Below, one piece after another: positions 46,886 through 58,900 of a stretch of 64,000 bases of DNA. The notes under the pieces were generated by a model. That model ran no database searches. It was not told the origin of the DNA and was given only the letters and a program-made list of their open reading frames with translations. The first letter of the stretch is position 1. Each line of letters opens with the position of its first letter. The translations under genes and the position numbers were made by a program. Origin of the DNA: Planctomycetota bacterium (GTDB lineage: Bacteria; Planctomycetota; UBA11346); the NCBI GenBank assembly GCA_038231435.1, contig JBBRLJ010000013.1, positions 1-64,000 of the forward strand, read 5' to 3'.

Positions 46886-48447
46886 GGGCAGTCCGCCAGG
46901 AGCGCAGCGAGCGACGCGATGTCTGCGGGCAGCGCGCGGTTGCCGAAACGCGCGGCATCGATGCCTTCGCCGAGACGCCGCGCCGCATCGCGACGCATCT
47001 CGTCGCCGGACGCGTCGAGCGTCGGGCGCAGGCGTTCGAGCGCCGCCGCAGCGCGCGCGAGATCGCCGGCGGCTATGGCGGATGAGAGCTCGCGGCCGCG
47101 GCGTGGCGCCGCGCGCGTGCGCGCGCCGAGGCGCAGCGCCAGGCCGGCGAGCGCGCTCGCCACCAAGCCGACGGCGAACGCCGCGGGAACCAGCGCGGGT
47201 GGCGGCAGGGGCATGGCGCTGCCGCGCAGCGGCTGGGCCGTGATCGTCATGGTCGCGCCGCCGTCCTGACCCGGTTCCGGACGAGCCGGGTTCGCGGCGC
47301 CGGACACCGACAGCTCGTGCGCGCGTCCGGGCAGCACCACCAGCGACACCGCCGCGGTCTTGACGCGGCGGTATTCGCGAGCCTCGGAGTCGAAGAAGGG
47401 GATGTCGATCCCGGGAATGGCGTAGGTCCCCGGCGCGGCCGGCACCAAGTCCCAGCGGAAGGTGCGCAGCTCCGCTTGGTCGACCGTGTCCTTCGCGTAC
47501 GCGGTCAGCCCCGCCGGCAGCTGGAGTTTCGGCGGCGCGGCCAATGACACCTGGCGGCCATGCAGGGCGATGCGCAGGCTGGTGCCCTCGCCGGCGCTGA
47601 TGCGCTCGCGCTCGAGCGCCGCGGTCGCCTCGATCGGCCCGATCAGTCCGGTGAAATCCGCGGGTTTTCCCGCTTCCGGCAGGGCCATAACGGTGAGCTT
47701 CCCCGGTTTGACCGCGATGGTCTTGCGCGAGGGGTTGAAGATGTCACGGCCGGAGACCTGGATCACCTGCTGGCCGCCGATGTCGCGCTCTCCCGGTTCA
47801 ACGAGGGAGAATCTCCACGCGAAGGTGAACAGCGTCCAGGCCCGGTTCCCTTCGTCGTAGGCGGTGGTGCGGGTGAGCGTGGGAGTCTTGGCCCCGGCCT
47901 CCGCCGGAGGCGCGACGCTCGGCTGCTCCGCCTTCGCCCCGCCGGCGAGGTAGATGCGGTAGAGCATGGTGGTGGTCTCGCCCGGCGCGATCGTCGCGGG
48001 CGAGAACGAGACCTCGGCGTAGGCGTTGCCGGTGAGCTTGGGATTGCCGGCGTCGATGCGCAAGGTCGTGGGCGCAGTCGCGACCGAGGTCTTGTCGCTC
48101 AGATGGATGGTGATCGCCGGGATCACGTAGTCGCCCGGGGTGTCGGCGCGCACGATCACGAAGCGGCTCTCCTCGACATCGCCATTGGTGTTCGCGTAAG
48201 CCTGTTTGCCGCTGCGATCCCAATGCAGGCCCTCGACCTCGGGCAGTTCAAACGAGACGATGCGACCTGAGGCGTTCTCGACCTTCAGCGCAGCCTCGGC
48301 CGCCAGGCCCGCCGGCATGTTCTCAGGGAGCTCGAGCACCGCTTCCACGCCGTGGAGCGACGTGGCCGAGCCTACCGCCAGCACCAGCGCGATGATGGCG
48401 AACCTGCCGGAGATGCGCGTATCGCTCGTCACCATATGCCTGGTCAC
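46882..48447 (-). CDS. BatD family protein
   Basis: PGDYVIPAITI; LPEAGKPADFTGLIG; PGTYAIP.IDIPFFD...EYR; C-terminal TM. Confidence 0.85.
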   Translation of the reverse strand: MTRHMVTSDTRISGRFAIIALVLAVGSATSLHGVEAVLELPENMPAGLAAEAALKVENASGRIVSFELPEVEGLHWDRSGKQAYANTNGDVEESRFVIVRADTPGDYVIPAITIHLSDKTSVATAPTTLRIDAGNPKLTGNAYAEVSFSPATIAPGETTTMLYRIYLAGGAKAEQPSVAPPAEAGAKTPTLTRTTAYDEGNRAWTLFTFAWRFSLVEPGERDIGGQQVIQVSGRDIFNPSRKTIAVKPGKLTVMALPEAGKPADFTGLIGPIEATAALERERISAGEGTSLRIALHGRQVSLAAPPKLQLPAGLTAYAKDTVDQAELRTFRWDLVPAAPGTYAIPGIDIPFFDSEAREYRRVKTAAVSLVVLPGRAHELSVSGAANPARPEPGQDGGATMTITAQPLRGSAMPLPPPALVPAAFAVGLVASALAGLALRLGARTRAAPRRGRELSSAIAAGDLARAAAALERLRPTLDASGDEMRRDAARRLGEGIDAARFGNRALPADIASLAALLADCP

Positions 48448-50489
48448 CAGGGCTTGCCGCGCGGCGCGGTCTGGGATTGGCCGTGCAGCAGCTGATCGCG
48501 CAGCGCGGCGCGATTCTCGATCGGCAGGGTCTCGAGCCAGCGCGCGGTCGCCGCCTGTGCATGTTCCTGCGCGGGATCGGGCTTGCCCTGCGCCACCGGC
48601 GCGGGATCGGACGGTGCCTGATCCTTCGGCTTCTCGCCCGGCTTGCCTGCGTCCTTCTGATCCTTGGCGTCCTTCGCCGCCTTGGCTGCCTTGGCGGCCT
48701 GATCCTTGCGCTGCTGATCGCGCGCTTGCTGGTTCGCCTGGTCCTTGGCCTGCTGATCCTGCTTGGCTTTGGCGTCCTGCTGATCCTTCGCCTCATCACC
48801 CGGCTTGGAGTCGCCCGGTTTCGACTCATCGCCCGGCTTCTTGTCGTCGCCAGGCTTCTTCGCCTGGTCCTGATCGCCTGGCTTCTGATCCTGTCCATCC
48901 GGCTTCTTCTGATCGTCTTTCTTCTGGTCGTCCTTCTTGCCCGGCTGCTGCTGGTCCTGCTTCGCGCCGTCGTTCGCTTGGGCGACGGTGATCTTCAGCT
49001 TCTGCTGGGTGCCCGCGTCCCAGCGATCCTTCAGCGCCACGGTGATCTCGTAGTCGCCGGTCGCCGCGGTCGCGCCGCGCAGCGCGCCATCGGGATCGAG
49101 ACGGATGCCCGCCGGCAGCTCGCCGTTGGCGAGCGACCACGCGAGCGGAGGCGTGCCGCCGCTCGCTGAGAGTGGACGCTCGGCGGGACTGCCCTGGGTC
49201 AGCTGGATGGGATCCTTCTCCTCGATCACGGGCGGAGGATTCACCGGCAGCGAGAGCTGCGCGGTGCGCGTGCGTCCGTCGGGCACCGAGATGCGCACCG
49301 GGACGCGCATCGTGCCGGCTTTCTCAGGAGTTCCGGTGAGCGTGCCGTCGCTGGCCATGGCCATGGATTCCATCCGCGAGGAGAGCTCCCAGCGGTAATC
49401 GAGCGCCGGGCCGCGCACCCCGACGCGATGGGTGTACGGCGCCCACGCGGTGGCGGGGGGCAGCACCGCGACGTCGGGGGCGAAGGCGTCGCCGACGATC
49501 AGGTCGTAGGCGCGATCCGCGCGGCGCGGATCCTCGAGCGCCGAGACCGCGATGCGCGCGGCCGTGGGCGCGAGCGGCGTGCCGACGATTGCCGAGGTCG
49601 CCGCCGGGCCTTCCTCGATGCTCAGGCCCTCGGGCAGACCGTCGGCGGTCCAGCGCGGGGTTGCGAGGCCGTTCTGCGCGAGCTCGGCGCGGTAGGGCTG
49701 TCCGGCGACGGCTTCGGGCAGCGCCTCGGTGGTGATCATCGGCGGCGGACGCACCTCGAGCCCTATCGTGCCGGTGGCGGTGGCGCCGGTGGAGTCGGTG
49801 ATCTGCAGCGCCAGCTGATGGCGCTTCGCCTCGCTCGGCGTGCCGTGCAGGCGGCCGTCGGGATCCAGCTCGAGTCCCTTCGGTAGCACCGTCTTTGCGT
49901 CGGCCGAGAAGCGATTGCCGCCCGCGCCGCCGCGCGCGGCGACATGGGCGTCGTATGGCTCGTTCACGAACGCGGGCGGCAGGTCGGCGTTCGGGATCTT
50001 CAGCCGGCGCGCTTCCTCCTCGGCCTTGAGCCGCGCATCGTCCTTGCGCACCAGCACCGCTTTGCGCATCTGGTCGCGCTGGGGCGCGAGCTCGGGATTG
50101 AGGTCCGCGGCGCGCACCTCGGCGGCGAGCGCGTCCTCGAGTCGGCCCTGGCTCCAGCGCGCGAGCGCGAGGTTGTGATAGGCGTCGGCGGCAAGGTCGC
50201 GGTTCGGCGACATGGTCGCGGCCAGCAGATGCGCGGCCGCGGCTTCGGGATCCTTCTTCAAGATCAGGGTGCCCAGATCGTAATGCGCGGCGTGGAATGT
50301 CGGATTCTCGAGCAGCAGCGCGTTCAATTCCTTCTCAGCCTCGGCAGGGGGTCGGTTCGCGGCCGTGGTCAGGCGATCCCACGGATCGGCGGCATGGAGC
50401 GCGGCAAACGTCATCACGAATAGCAGGACGTGGAGTGCTATTGGAATGGTGCGCCGCACTCCGCTCATCGTATTTTGCGCCGAAATCAT
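48444..50489 (-). CDS. BatC-like TPR protein with inserted putative Ig (He_PIG-like) repeats and Gln/Lys/Asp-rich tail
   Basis: HYDLG/YHNLALA TPRs; repeated LP.A....PY...A.GG...LP.GL.L..DG.L.GTP units; ends ARWLETL...KPW. Confidence 0.82.
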   Translation of the reverse strand: MISAQNTMSGVRRTIPIALHVLLFVMTFAALHAADPWDRLTTAANRPPAEAEKELNALLLENPTFHAAHYDLGTLILKKDPEAAAAHLLAATMSPNRDLAADAYHNLALARWSQGRLEDALAAEVRAADLNPELAPQRDQMRKAVLVRKDDARLKAEEEARRLKIPNADLPPAFVNEPYDAHVAARGGAGGNRFSADAKTVLPKGLELDPDGRLHGTPSEAKRHQLALQITDSTGATATGTIGLEVRPPPMITTEALPEAVAGQPYRAELAQNGLATPRWTADGLPEGLSIEEGPAATSAIVGTPLAPTAARIAVSALEDPRRADRAYDLIVGDAFAPDVAVLPPATAWAPYTHRVGVRGPALDYRWELSSRMESMAMASDGTLTGTPEKAGTMRVPVRISVPDGRTRTAQLSLPVNPPPVIEEKDPIQLTQGSPAERPLSASGGTPPLAWSLANGELPAGIRLDPDGALRGATAATGDYEITVALKDRWDAGTQQKLKITVAQANDGAKQDQQQPGKKDDQKKDDQKKPDGQDQKPGDQDQAKKPGDDKKPGDESKPGDSKPGDEAKDQQDAKAKQDQQAKDQANQQARDQQRKDQAAKAAKAAKDAKDQKDAGKPGEKPKDQAPSDPAPVAQGKPDPAQEHAQAATARWLETLPIENRAALRDQLLHGQSQTAPRGKPW

Positions 50490-51499
50490 AGCACGATCCT
50501 CGGCGCGGCCGCGGGCGCGCCAGGGGTAGCGCGCCGGCGCGTGGGCAGCAACGCACCGGCCAGGATCAGCGCCATTCCCGGCAGCAATGGCCAGCGGAAG
50601 CGTTCGGTGGCGATGACGCGGTGGTGCTCCTCCCATGGCCGTTGCGCCACCGATCCGGCCAGGCGGGTGGCGAGCGCGCGCATGTCGGCATCGTCGTCGG
50701 TGGCGTTGACGCACGCGCCCCCGGTGACCTCGGCCAGGCGGTCGAGGGTGGTGCGGTCGGCGCTCATGACCTCGGTCCGGCCGTCGATCTCGAGCGTTGC
50801 CTTGCCCTCGGGATCGCCGAGGAACACGCCGAAGACCAGCACGCCCGCCGCCTTGGCCGCCGCCGCTGCGCGCTCGACGGCCTCGCGATCGTCATCGCTG
50901 CCGTCGCTCATCACCACGATCGCCTGCCCGCGCTCGGCCTCGCGATCGAGCACCTTCAGGCCCTCGGCTACCGACGCGCCGATCGCCGTGCCCTGGTAGC
51001 CGCTCTCGGCCGGGAACAGGTCGGGCGAGCAGTCCTGCAGCATCTGCTCGATGGCGTTGTGGTCGCCAGTGAGCGGGCAGCGCAGCACCGGCATGGCTGC
51101 GAACGGCATCAGCGCCAGGCGGGTCTCGGGGGCGATGCGCATCAGGTCGAGCGCCTTGCGCCGCGCGGCGTCGATGCGCGTCGGGTAGAGGTCCTGCGCC
51201 AGCATCGAGCGGCTGCAATCGAGGATCAGCAGCACGTCGGCGCCGGTCTGCCGGCGCACCTGCTCGGCGGAGCCCCAGCGCGGCCCCGCGAGCGCGACAC
51301 ACGAGGCCGCCACGCCGAGCCACAGGCAGATCGCGCGCAGTCTCTCGCGGCGTCGACCGACGCCGGGGGTGAGATGCGCGAGGCCGGCTCCGATCGAGCG
51401 CTGACGGCGGGCCACCGCGCGGCCGTAGACCCAGCGCGCGGCGGCGGCCGCCGCGACGGCAGCGAGCAGCCACAGCAAGTGTGGATGGCCCCAGCTCAT
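50486..51499 (-). CDS. BatB-like VWA domain protein
   Basis: ALAGPRWG; MIDAS DCSRSM; PLTGD; GTAIG; MSDG. Confidence 0.9.
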   Translation of the reverse strand: MSWGHPHLLWLLAAVAAAAAARWVYGRAVARRQRSIGAGLAHLTPGVGRRRERLRAICLWLGVAASCVALAGPRWGSAEQVRRQTGADVLLILDCSRSMLAQDLYPTRIDAARRKALDLMRIAPETRLALMPFAAMPVLRCPLTGDHNAIEQMLQDCSPDLFPAESGYQGTAIGASVAEGLKVLDREAERGQAIVVMSDGSDDDREAVERAAAAAKAAGVLVFGVFLGDPEGKATLEIDGRTEVMSADRTTLDRLAEVTGGACVNATDDDADMRALATRLAGSVAQRPWEEHHRVIATERFRWPLLPGMALILAGALLPTRRRATPGAPAAAPRIVL

Positions 51500-52539
51500 G
51501 TCCCGCCCCGCAGCCGTGGTTCGATGAGCAGGATGAAGCCGATCAGCGCCGTGCCCAGCGCCAGGGGGATGGCGAAGCGGTCGGTGAAGTCATCGCGCGT
51601 GCGCACCTCGTGCGGCGTGGGCTCGAGTTTATCGATCTGCTTGAGCACCTGCTCGAGGCCGGGCCGGTCGTTCGCAGGGAAGGACATGCCGCTGGCGACG
51701 GCAACGATCGCTTGCAGGCGTTCCATGTCGGGGAGCAGGTTGCGCGGCGTCGGCATGCTCATGACGCGCCCGAACATGTCCTCCTGGGTGACGGTGCCGT
51801 GCGGATCGCCGACGCCGATTCCGTAGAGCTTGATGCCGGTCTCGGCCGCGTGCCTGGCCGCGATCAGCGGATCGATCCAGTTCGGCAGCTCGCGCGAATC
51901 GGCGCCGTCGGTAATGAGGATCACCGCGCGGCCGCGCTGGTTGGGGTTGGACAGGCCCTTGATCGCGTAGCCGAGCCCGAGCCCGAGGTTGGTGCCGTCG
52001 CCGACGAATCCGCTCTCGCGCACGCCGCCCTGCCGCATCGACCAGCGCTGGCGCTGCTGCTTCTCGGTGCGCTCGAGGAAATCGATCGCGGTCTGGTGGT
52101 CGTAGGTGAGGGGGCAGCTGGTCACCGCGGTGGACGCGAAGAATACCAGGCCGATGCGGTCGTCGGGGCGTTTGCCGATGAACTGCTTCGCCGCGTCGAA
52201 GACCGCGGCCATGCGGTCGTCACGGCCGCCGCGCTCGTCGGCGATGTCCTTCATGGTCATGCTCAGGCTGGTGTCGATCACCAGCATCAGGTCGCGGCCC
52301 TCCTGCTGGTGCTCGACGATCGAGCGGCCGTACTGTGGCCTGGCAGCCGCGATCGCCAGGCAACTCAGCCCGATCGCGAGCAGCCAGCGGAACACCATGG
52401 GCCCACGGCTCAGCGGCAGCGCCGAAGCGAGCGGGAAGGGGGCGAACAGCGCACCGCCGCGGCGGTCGCGCGTGAACGCGACCAGCAGCGCGAGCGCGAT
52501 CAGGGCCAGCATCCACGGATCGGCGAAGCGGAAGGTCAT
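51496..52539 (-). CDS. BatA-like VWA domain protein
   Basis: FADPW; AARPQ; DTSLSM MIDAS; DRIGLVFF; PLTYD; GDGT; LITDG. Confidence 0.92.
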   Translation of the reverse strand: MTFRFADPWMLALIALALLVAFTRDRRGGALFAPFPLASALPLSRGPMVFRWLLAIGLSCLAIAAARPQYGRSIVEHQQEGRDLMLVIDTSLSMTMKDIADERGGRDDRMAAVFDAAKQFIGKRPDDRIGLVFFASTAVTSCPLTYDHQTAIDFLERTEKQQRQRWSMRQGGVRESGFVGDGTNLGLGLGYAIKGLSNPNQRGRAVILITDGADSRELPNWIDPLIAARHAAETGIKLYGIGVGDPHGTVTQEDMFGRVMSMPTPRNLLPDMERLQAIVAVASGMSFPANDRPGLEQVLKQIDKLEPTPHEVRTRDDFTDRFAIPLALGTALIGFILLIEPRLRGGT

Positions 52540-53657
52540 GCGGCGCCCGTCCCCGTCCCCGGCGGGGCAGCGGCGGCGCCGGCGCGGCGACCCTGCTTGA
52601 TCTGCTGGCGTGCGCGTTCCTCGTCGTCCAAGCGGTTCTGCACCGCGAGGCTCCAGCGCGAGCTCGCCTCCATCAGCGGCTTCAACGCACCGATCACCAG
52701 GTTGTCGGCGGCCCAGCGTAGCGCGTCGAGGTTCTCGAGCAGGCGGCCGAGTTCGCGCGCCTCCTCGCTGAAAGTGGCGGGCGCGAGCGCGCGCACCGCG
52801 GCCGCGGCTTCACGCGCGGTCGAGCCGGGGCCGTCGAAATTCCAGATCGAGCCTGCGTAGCGGCGCAGCGCCAGGCTGATGCGCGCGCCGGCCTCCTTGC
52901 CGTCCTCGGCGCGGGCGGCTTCGGAGAGTTCGCGCGCGAAGATCTCGCGCGGCCGCGGCGCAGCGGCTGCGCGCAGGCGGCGGCGCCGGGCGATCACCAG
53001 GCCCAGGAGACCTGCCAGCGCCAGGCATCCGCCCGCGATCCAGGCCCACAGCCGCGCCGGCCCCATGCCGGGCGGTGGGCGTTTCATCAGCGGACGGGCA
53101 TCAGGCGGCCCGGGCGCGTCCTTGTTGGCGCCGACCTGCACGATCACGGTGTTCGCCACCGCGCGCACGCCCACACCGTGCTCGGGCGCGGCGCTGAACG
53201 CCGGCCGCGGCAGTTCCCACGCGCCGCTGGAGACCGGACAGACGGTGAGCGAGAATGAGCGCTCCTCACGGCCATCGCCAGCGAGCTTGCGCGGGGGCGG
53301 CGAGGCGATCACGAACTGGCCCTGGAAATCGCGCGATGGATTCGGCTCGTCGGCGCGCCAGCCGCGCGGCCAGCGGTAGGTTATCGTGACCACCACGTTG
53401 TCGCCCATGGTCAGCTCGGCCGGTGCCGCCGACATCTCGACCGTCACCCGCGGATCGGCCGGCGCCGTGGCGGCGGACTCGTTATCGGCGGCCGGCATCG
53501 CAGCGGCCGAGTACAGCAACGCCATGAGGCAGTGCGCGAGCCATTGTCCTTGAGGTCCTTGAGGTCCTTGAGGTCCACGAGAGCCGCGCTGGCCTTGCCG
53601 CGCGGGCCGCGTCGGGTTCGCGATGGTGGGCGTGCGCCGCGCAGCGGGATCACCCAT
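52536..53657 (-). CDS. Bat-operon membrane protein (BatD-like Ig domain plus TM)
   Basis: Position between DUF58 and batA; Ig-like domain, TM, ISLALRRY...STARE motif. Confidence 0.75.
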   Translation of the reverse strand: MGDPAARRTPTIANPTRPARQGQRGSRGPQGPQGPQGQWLAHCLMALLYSAAAMPAADNESAATAPADPRVTVEMSAAPAELTMGDNVVVTITYRWPRGWRADEPNPSRDFQGQFVIASPPPRKLAGDGREERSFSLTVCPVSSGAWELPRPAFSAAPEHGVGVRAVANTVIVQVGANKDAPGPPDARPLMKRPPPGMGPARLWAWIAGGCLALAGLLGLVIARRRRLRAAAAPRPREIFARELSEAARAEDGKEAGARISLALRRYAGSIWNFDGPGSTAREAAAAVRALAPATFSEEARELGRLLENLDALRWAADNLVIGALKPLMEASSRWSLAVQNRLDDEERARQQIKQGRRAGAAAAPPGTGTGAA

Positions 53658-54608
53658 GGATCCGCCTGCGGCGTTCCTTGAAGAAACGCGTGAGCGCCGA
53701 CAGCGCGCTGCGGTCGGTGCGCAGATCGACGAGATCGCAACCCGCGCCCTGGAAGGCCTCCTGGGTGCGGCCGCGCGCCGCCCGCCAGGCATCCGCGTAG
53801 CGGGCGCGGGACCTGGAGCCCCCGCGCAACGCCAGCACCTGCGAGCCCTCGGGATCCTGGATCAGCAGCGGCGCCGATCCCGTGGGCAGCGCCTCTTCGC
53901 CCGGATCGGTGACGCGCAGGCCGACGACGTCGTGCCGACGCGCGGCGCGCGCGAGCGAACCGGCGAAACGCTGCACGCTGCCGTCGACCGGGAACAGGAA
54001 ATCAGAGATCACGAAGCATACCGCGCGACGCTTGGCGACCCTGCCGAGCTCGTCGAGGGCCTCGGGCAGCCCGGTCGCCAGCGAGGTCCCGAGCAGGCGC
54101 GGCGCGGCGAGCACCTCGCGCACCAGGCGCATCGCGTGGCCGCGGCCCTTGCGCGCCGGCAGGTGCAGCTCGGTGCGGTCGCTGAAGAGCACCAGGCCGA
54201 TGCGGTCGTGGTTACGCAATGCGGTGACGCCGACCACCGCCGCGGCTTCGGCGGCGAGCGCGATCTTCGCGCGCGGCGAGATGCCGGGGATCGCGCCGAA
54301 GCGCATCGACGCGCTGACATCCACCAGCAGCATGGTGGTGAGCTCGCGCTCCTCGCGGTACACCTTCACGTACGGCCGGCCGGCGCGCGCGGTGACATTC
54401 CAATCGATGGTGCGGATGTCGTCGCCGGGCGTGTACTCGCGCACCTCGTCGAATTCCATGCCCTGGCCGCGGAATGCCGACCTGTAGCGCCCCGCGGCGA
54501 GCGACGACACCATGCGATTGGTGCGCAGCTCGATGCGTTTCACCTGGCGCAGGATGTCCTTCAGATCCGTTGCGGCTTGGGTGTTGGATTGCTGTCGCGC
54601 TGGCAGGC

Positions 54609-54612
<4 letters not shown>
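53650..54612 (-). CDS. DUF58 domain protein
   Basis: GRYRSAFRGQGMEFDEVREYTPGDDIRTIDWNVTAR; VDVSASM; ISDF. Confidence 0.95.
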
Positions 54613-55649
<1,037 letters not shown>

Positions 55650-55935
55650 GACGGCTCCAGGCGGGGGACCACGGACGGTCCGAGAACGGGCACACAGGTG
55701 ACGTGCGCGTCATAGCGGTCTTTCTGCCTTCCGGAACCGGCCACGTCGCGCCAGGCCCTGGTCCGGGGACAACCTGGGTGACGGGCCAGCGGCACGCGGC
55801 GGTGGCCGGGGGCCGAGGCCGCCGCGGTGGATGACCGCGTCATGGACATTCGTCGCCACCGCGGGGCCGCACCACCGGCTCGTCCCATGGCCGGTCGGTC
55901 ACGGTATCGTCGATGTCGGGGCTCGGCCGGCTCGC

Positions 55936-58900
55936 TCAGGGATACGGGCTGTCGGCCGCGTAGCTCAGGCCCTGCGGCACGCCGCCCTGGTCGTCGCGGA
56001 TGCGCATCACGAAGCCCCAGCCGCCGCCGCCTTGGGTGATCAGCAGCAGCACGTCGTTCCAGCCCGCATGCAGCTTGACGCCTGGCACCTTGTCCTGATC
56101 CGCGGTGATGCCGCGCGCGCCGGCGAACGTGTGCACGCAGACGCCGTTGACGCTGACGCGCACACCGTCATCGCTGCCGAGCCACAGCTGCACCACGCGA
56201 TCGGCGTCGGCGTGCACGTAGACGTGGGCGTGGGCGCCGACGTTGCTGCCGCCGATCAGGCTGCCGAGGTCGACGGGGCCGTCGGCGGACACGTACTGCC
56301 AGTCGCCGCCGCGCGCGGGATGCACGTTCTCATCGATGAGCGGCTTGTCGACCTTCATCGGATCGATGCCCTGCTTCACCGCGCCGACCAGGTATTCGCG
56401 GATGTAGCCGTCGCCCACCGGCAGGCCGGGCTGGGGCGTGAAGGCGAACACGCCGGCCGCCGCCGCGCCATCGCTGGCGCGCACGCCGCTGAAGGTCATG
56501 TGCTGTTCGGCGCCGAGCGGCCAGGCACGGTCGGCGGTCAGGCGCAGCAGGCGGCCGTCGGCTGCGAGCGCGACCGCGGTGATCGCGAGCCCGTCGACAT
56601 GGAAAGAGGCGGCATTCTTGGCCGAGGTGGGATCGATGGGCTTGCTCGACTGCAACGTCAGCACGGTGCCGACCGCGGATACGCAGCGCCAGTGCGGCGG
56701 GCCGACGGTATCGGTATAGACCACCTCGCCGAATCCCTCGGGATCCATGACGGGCAGGCTGGCCGCTCCGCCAGCGGAGGCCCAGGCGACCTCGCCGCCG
56801 GCCGCGCCGCGCAGCACCAGCTGCAGGCGCGACACCGCGCCGAGCGCGGGATCCCCGCCTACCAGGCTCGCCGGCAGCTCGGCTTCGATGCGCCAGCCGC
56901 GCTGGGTCCGCGCGCCGAAGCAGGGCAGGATCTGCGCGCCGATGGCGGCATGCGCGCCGCCATCGGCGCCGCCATCGGTGAGGGTGAATTCGACGCGTTG
57001 CACCGGCTTGACCGGTTCATCGGCCGCGCGCGGCCTGGGCTCGGCGGCGGCGCCGACGATCATGATGATCGCGGCGGAAGAGGTCGGCGCGGCACCCACC
57101 TTGCCAACATGGTCCCAGGCGGCGCGACCGCCGAAGAGCGAGAAGGCGACGCCGGTGAGGGTCTTGCCCTCGAGGCCGAGACTGCTCGCCGGCACCTCGA
57201 GCCGCGCCCAGACTCCTGCCTTTGGCAATTCGCCAGCGTGGAAGCGGCTCGGCCCGGCCGCGCCCCAAGCCAGCTGATCCGCACCCCAGTACGCGCGATG
57301 CTCCCACGAGCCGTCGTTGAACTGCATCATCACCTCGGTGGGTGGATTCGCGGGATCGAGCCACACGTACGCGAGCAGGCGTTCGCCCGCGGCGATGGGC
57401 AGGCCGGGATTGGCGTTGGCGAAGTAATGTTGGTGCGGTCCGCCGGCGGCGTTCGAAACGCTCGCGGCAGCGCCGCTGAATGGCTTGGGATCGGCCGCCC
57501 AGGTCCAGGCGTCGCCGCCATCGGCGGTGGGCGCGGCTCCCGGCGGCAGCGCGTCCTCCACCCACACGGTCTCAGCCGGCTTGGCCGCCGTGGCGTCTTT
57601 GGCATCTTTGGCACTGCCGTCCGCGAAGGTCGGATCCACCGCCTCGAAGCCGACGTAGAGCTTGTGCTCCCCGTGCAGCAGGCGCGCTTCCAGCGACAGT
57701 CCCTGCGCCGAGACGGCGGTGGCGAGCGGCGTGGCGCCGGCGAATTCCTTGAAGTCGCCGTCGGCGGAGAAGCCTCCGTCGATGCGCGGTACGCTCGCGC
57801 TGCGCGCGGGGATGAAGGCGCTGACCTTGACCACCGCCTCGCCGTCGTCGTCGCGCGCGGTGAAGATAATGTCGCGGGTGCCGCGGCCGATGTGCTCGAC
57901 TGGCAGGGTGGCGGCAAAGGAGCCGTCGCCGCTCGCGCCATCGCCGTGGCGGCCGTCGTCGAACAGCGGCACGTCCTCGGAGCCGTCGCCGCGCGGGATG
58001 CGCGCGACCACGCTCTTCAGCGGTGCCGCGTCTCCACCGCCAGACACCGACAACACCACGTCCTTGCCGTCGGGGCCCAGGCGCACCGCGGCGCCGGCGA
58101 GATGCGGCACTGGACGCGCGATCAGGGTGAGGTCGTCGAAGTCGTAGGTGCGCGGAGCGCCGTCCTCGACGGTGAGCTGCATCTGGCGCAGGCCGAAGGG
58201 CGAGGCCTTCGAGCCGAAGGTCAGGTCGGCGAGCGGGATCGAGACGAAGCGCCAGGCCGGCCCTACGTCGGGCGCGTAGCGAGCCAGGTCCACCAGGTGC
58301 GACTTCTGACCGTTCTGGATCCCGGATCCCGAGCCGTCGTCATCGAGTTCGATCTTCAGCCGCGGCGGCCCCGGCTGATCGGAGCGGATGTAGAAGCCGA
58401 TCATCTTGTGGCGCGAGGTGTCGGTGCCGCCACCCCAGCCGTTCCAGCCCCAGCCGGCGCAGCCCGGCCCGGTGACGGTCAGGCGCAAGTGGGTCTTGCC
58501 GCTCAGCGGATGCTCGGACGAGCGGGCGATCGAGACGCCGCCGCCTCCACCATTCCACAGCGCGTCGTTGCCGGCGTTCTCGCCGTTCCACAGCACCGCG
58601 TCCACGGTGTTCGGCATCACCGTGAGCAGTGCCAAGCCGTGGGCGGACTCGCCGCCCTTGACGACGTTCACCGGCAGGGCGAACTGACCGGAACGCGGCG
58701 GTGCGACCTTCGCTACGCGCGCCGAGTACACGCCATCGCCGGCGGCTAGGTCTCCATCCTTGCCGTCGTCGTGCATTGGAACCGGTGGGACGACGGTGGG
58801 GGCGGGATTGGCGAGCGGCGAGAGATCGATCGAAACCTCGGCCCCGGCCGGAGCGCGACAGGTGAAGAGCACCGCGTCGACGCCGGCGACGGCGGCGGCG

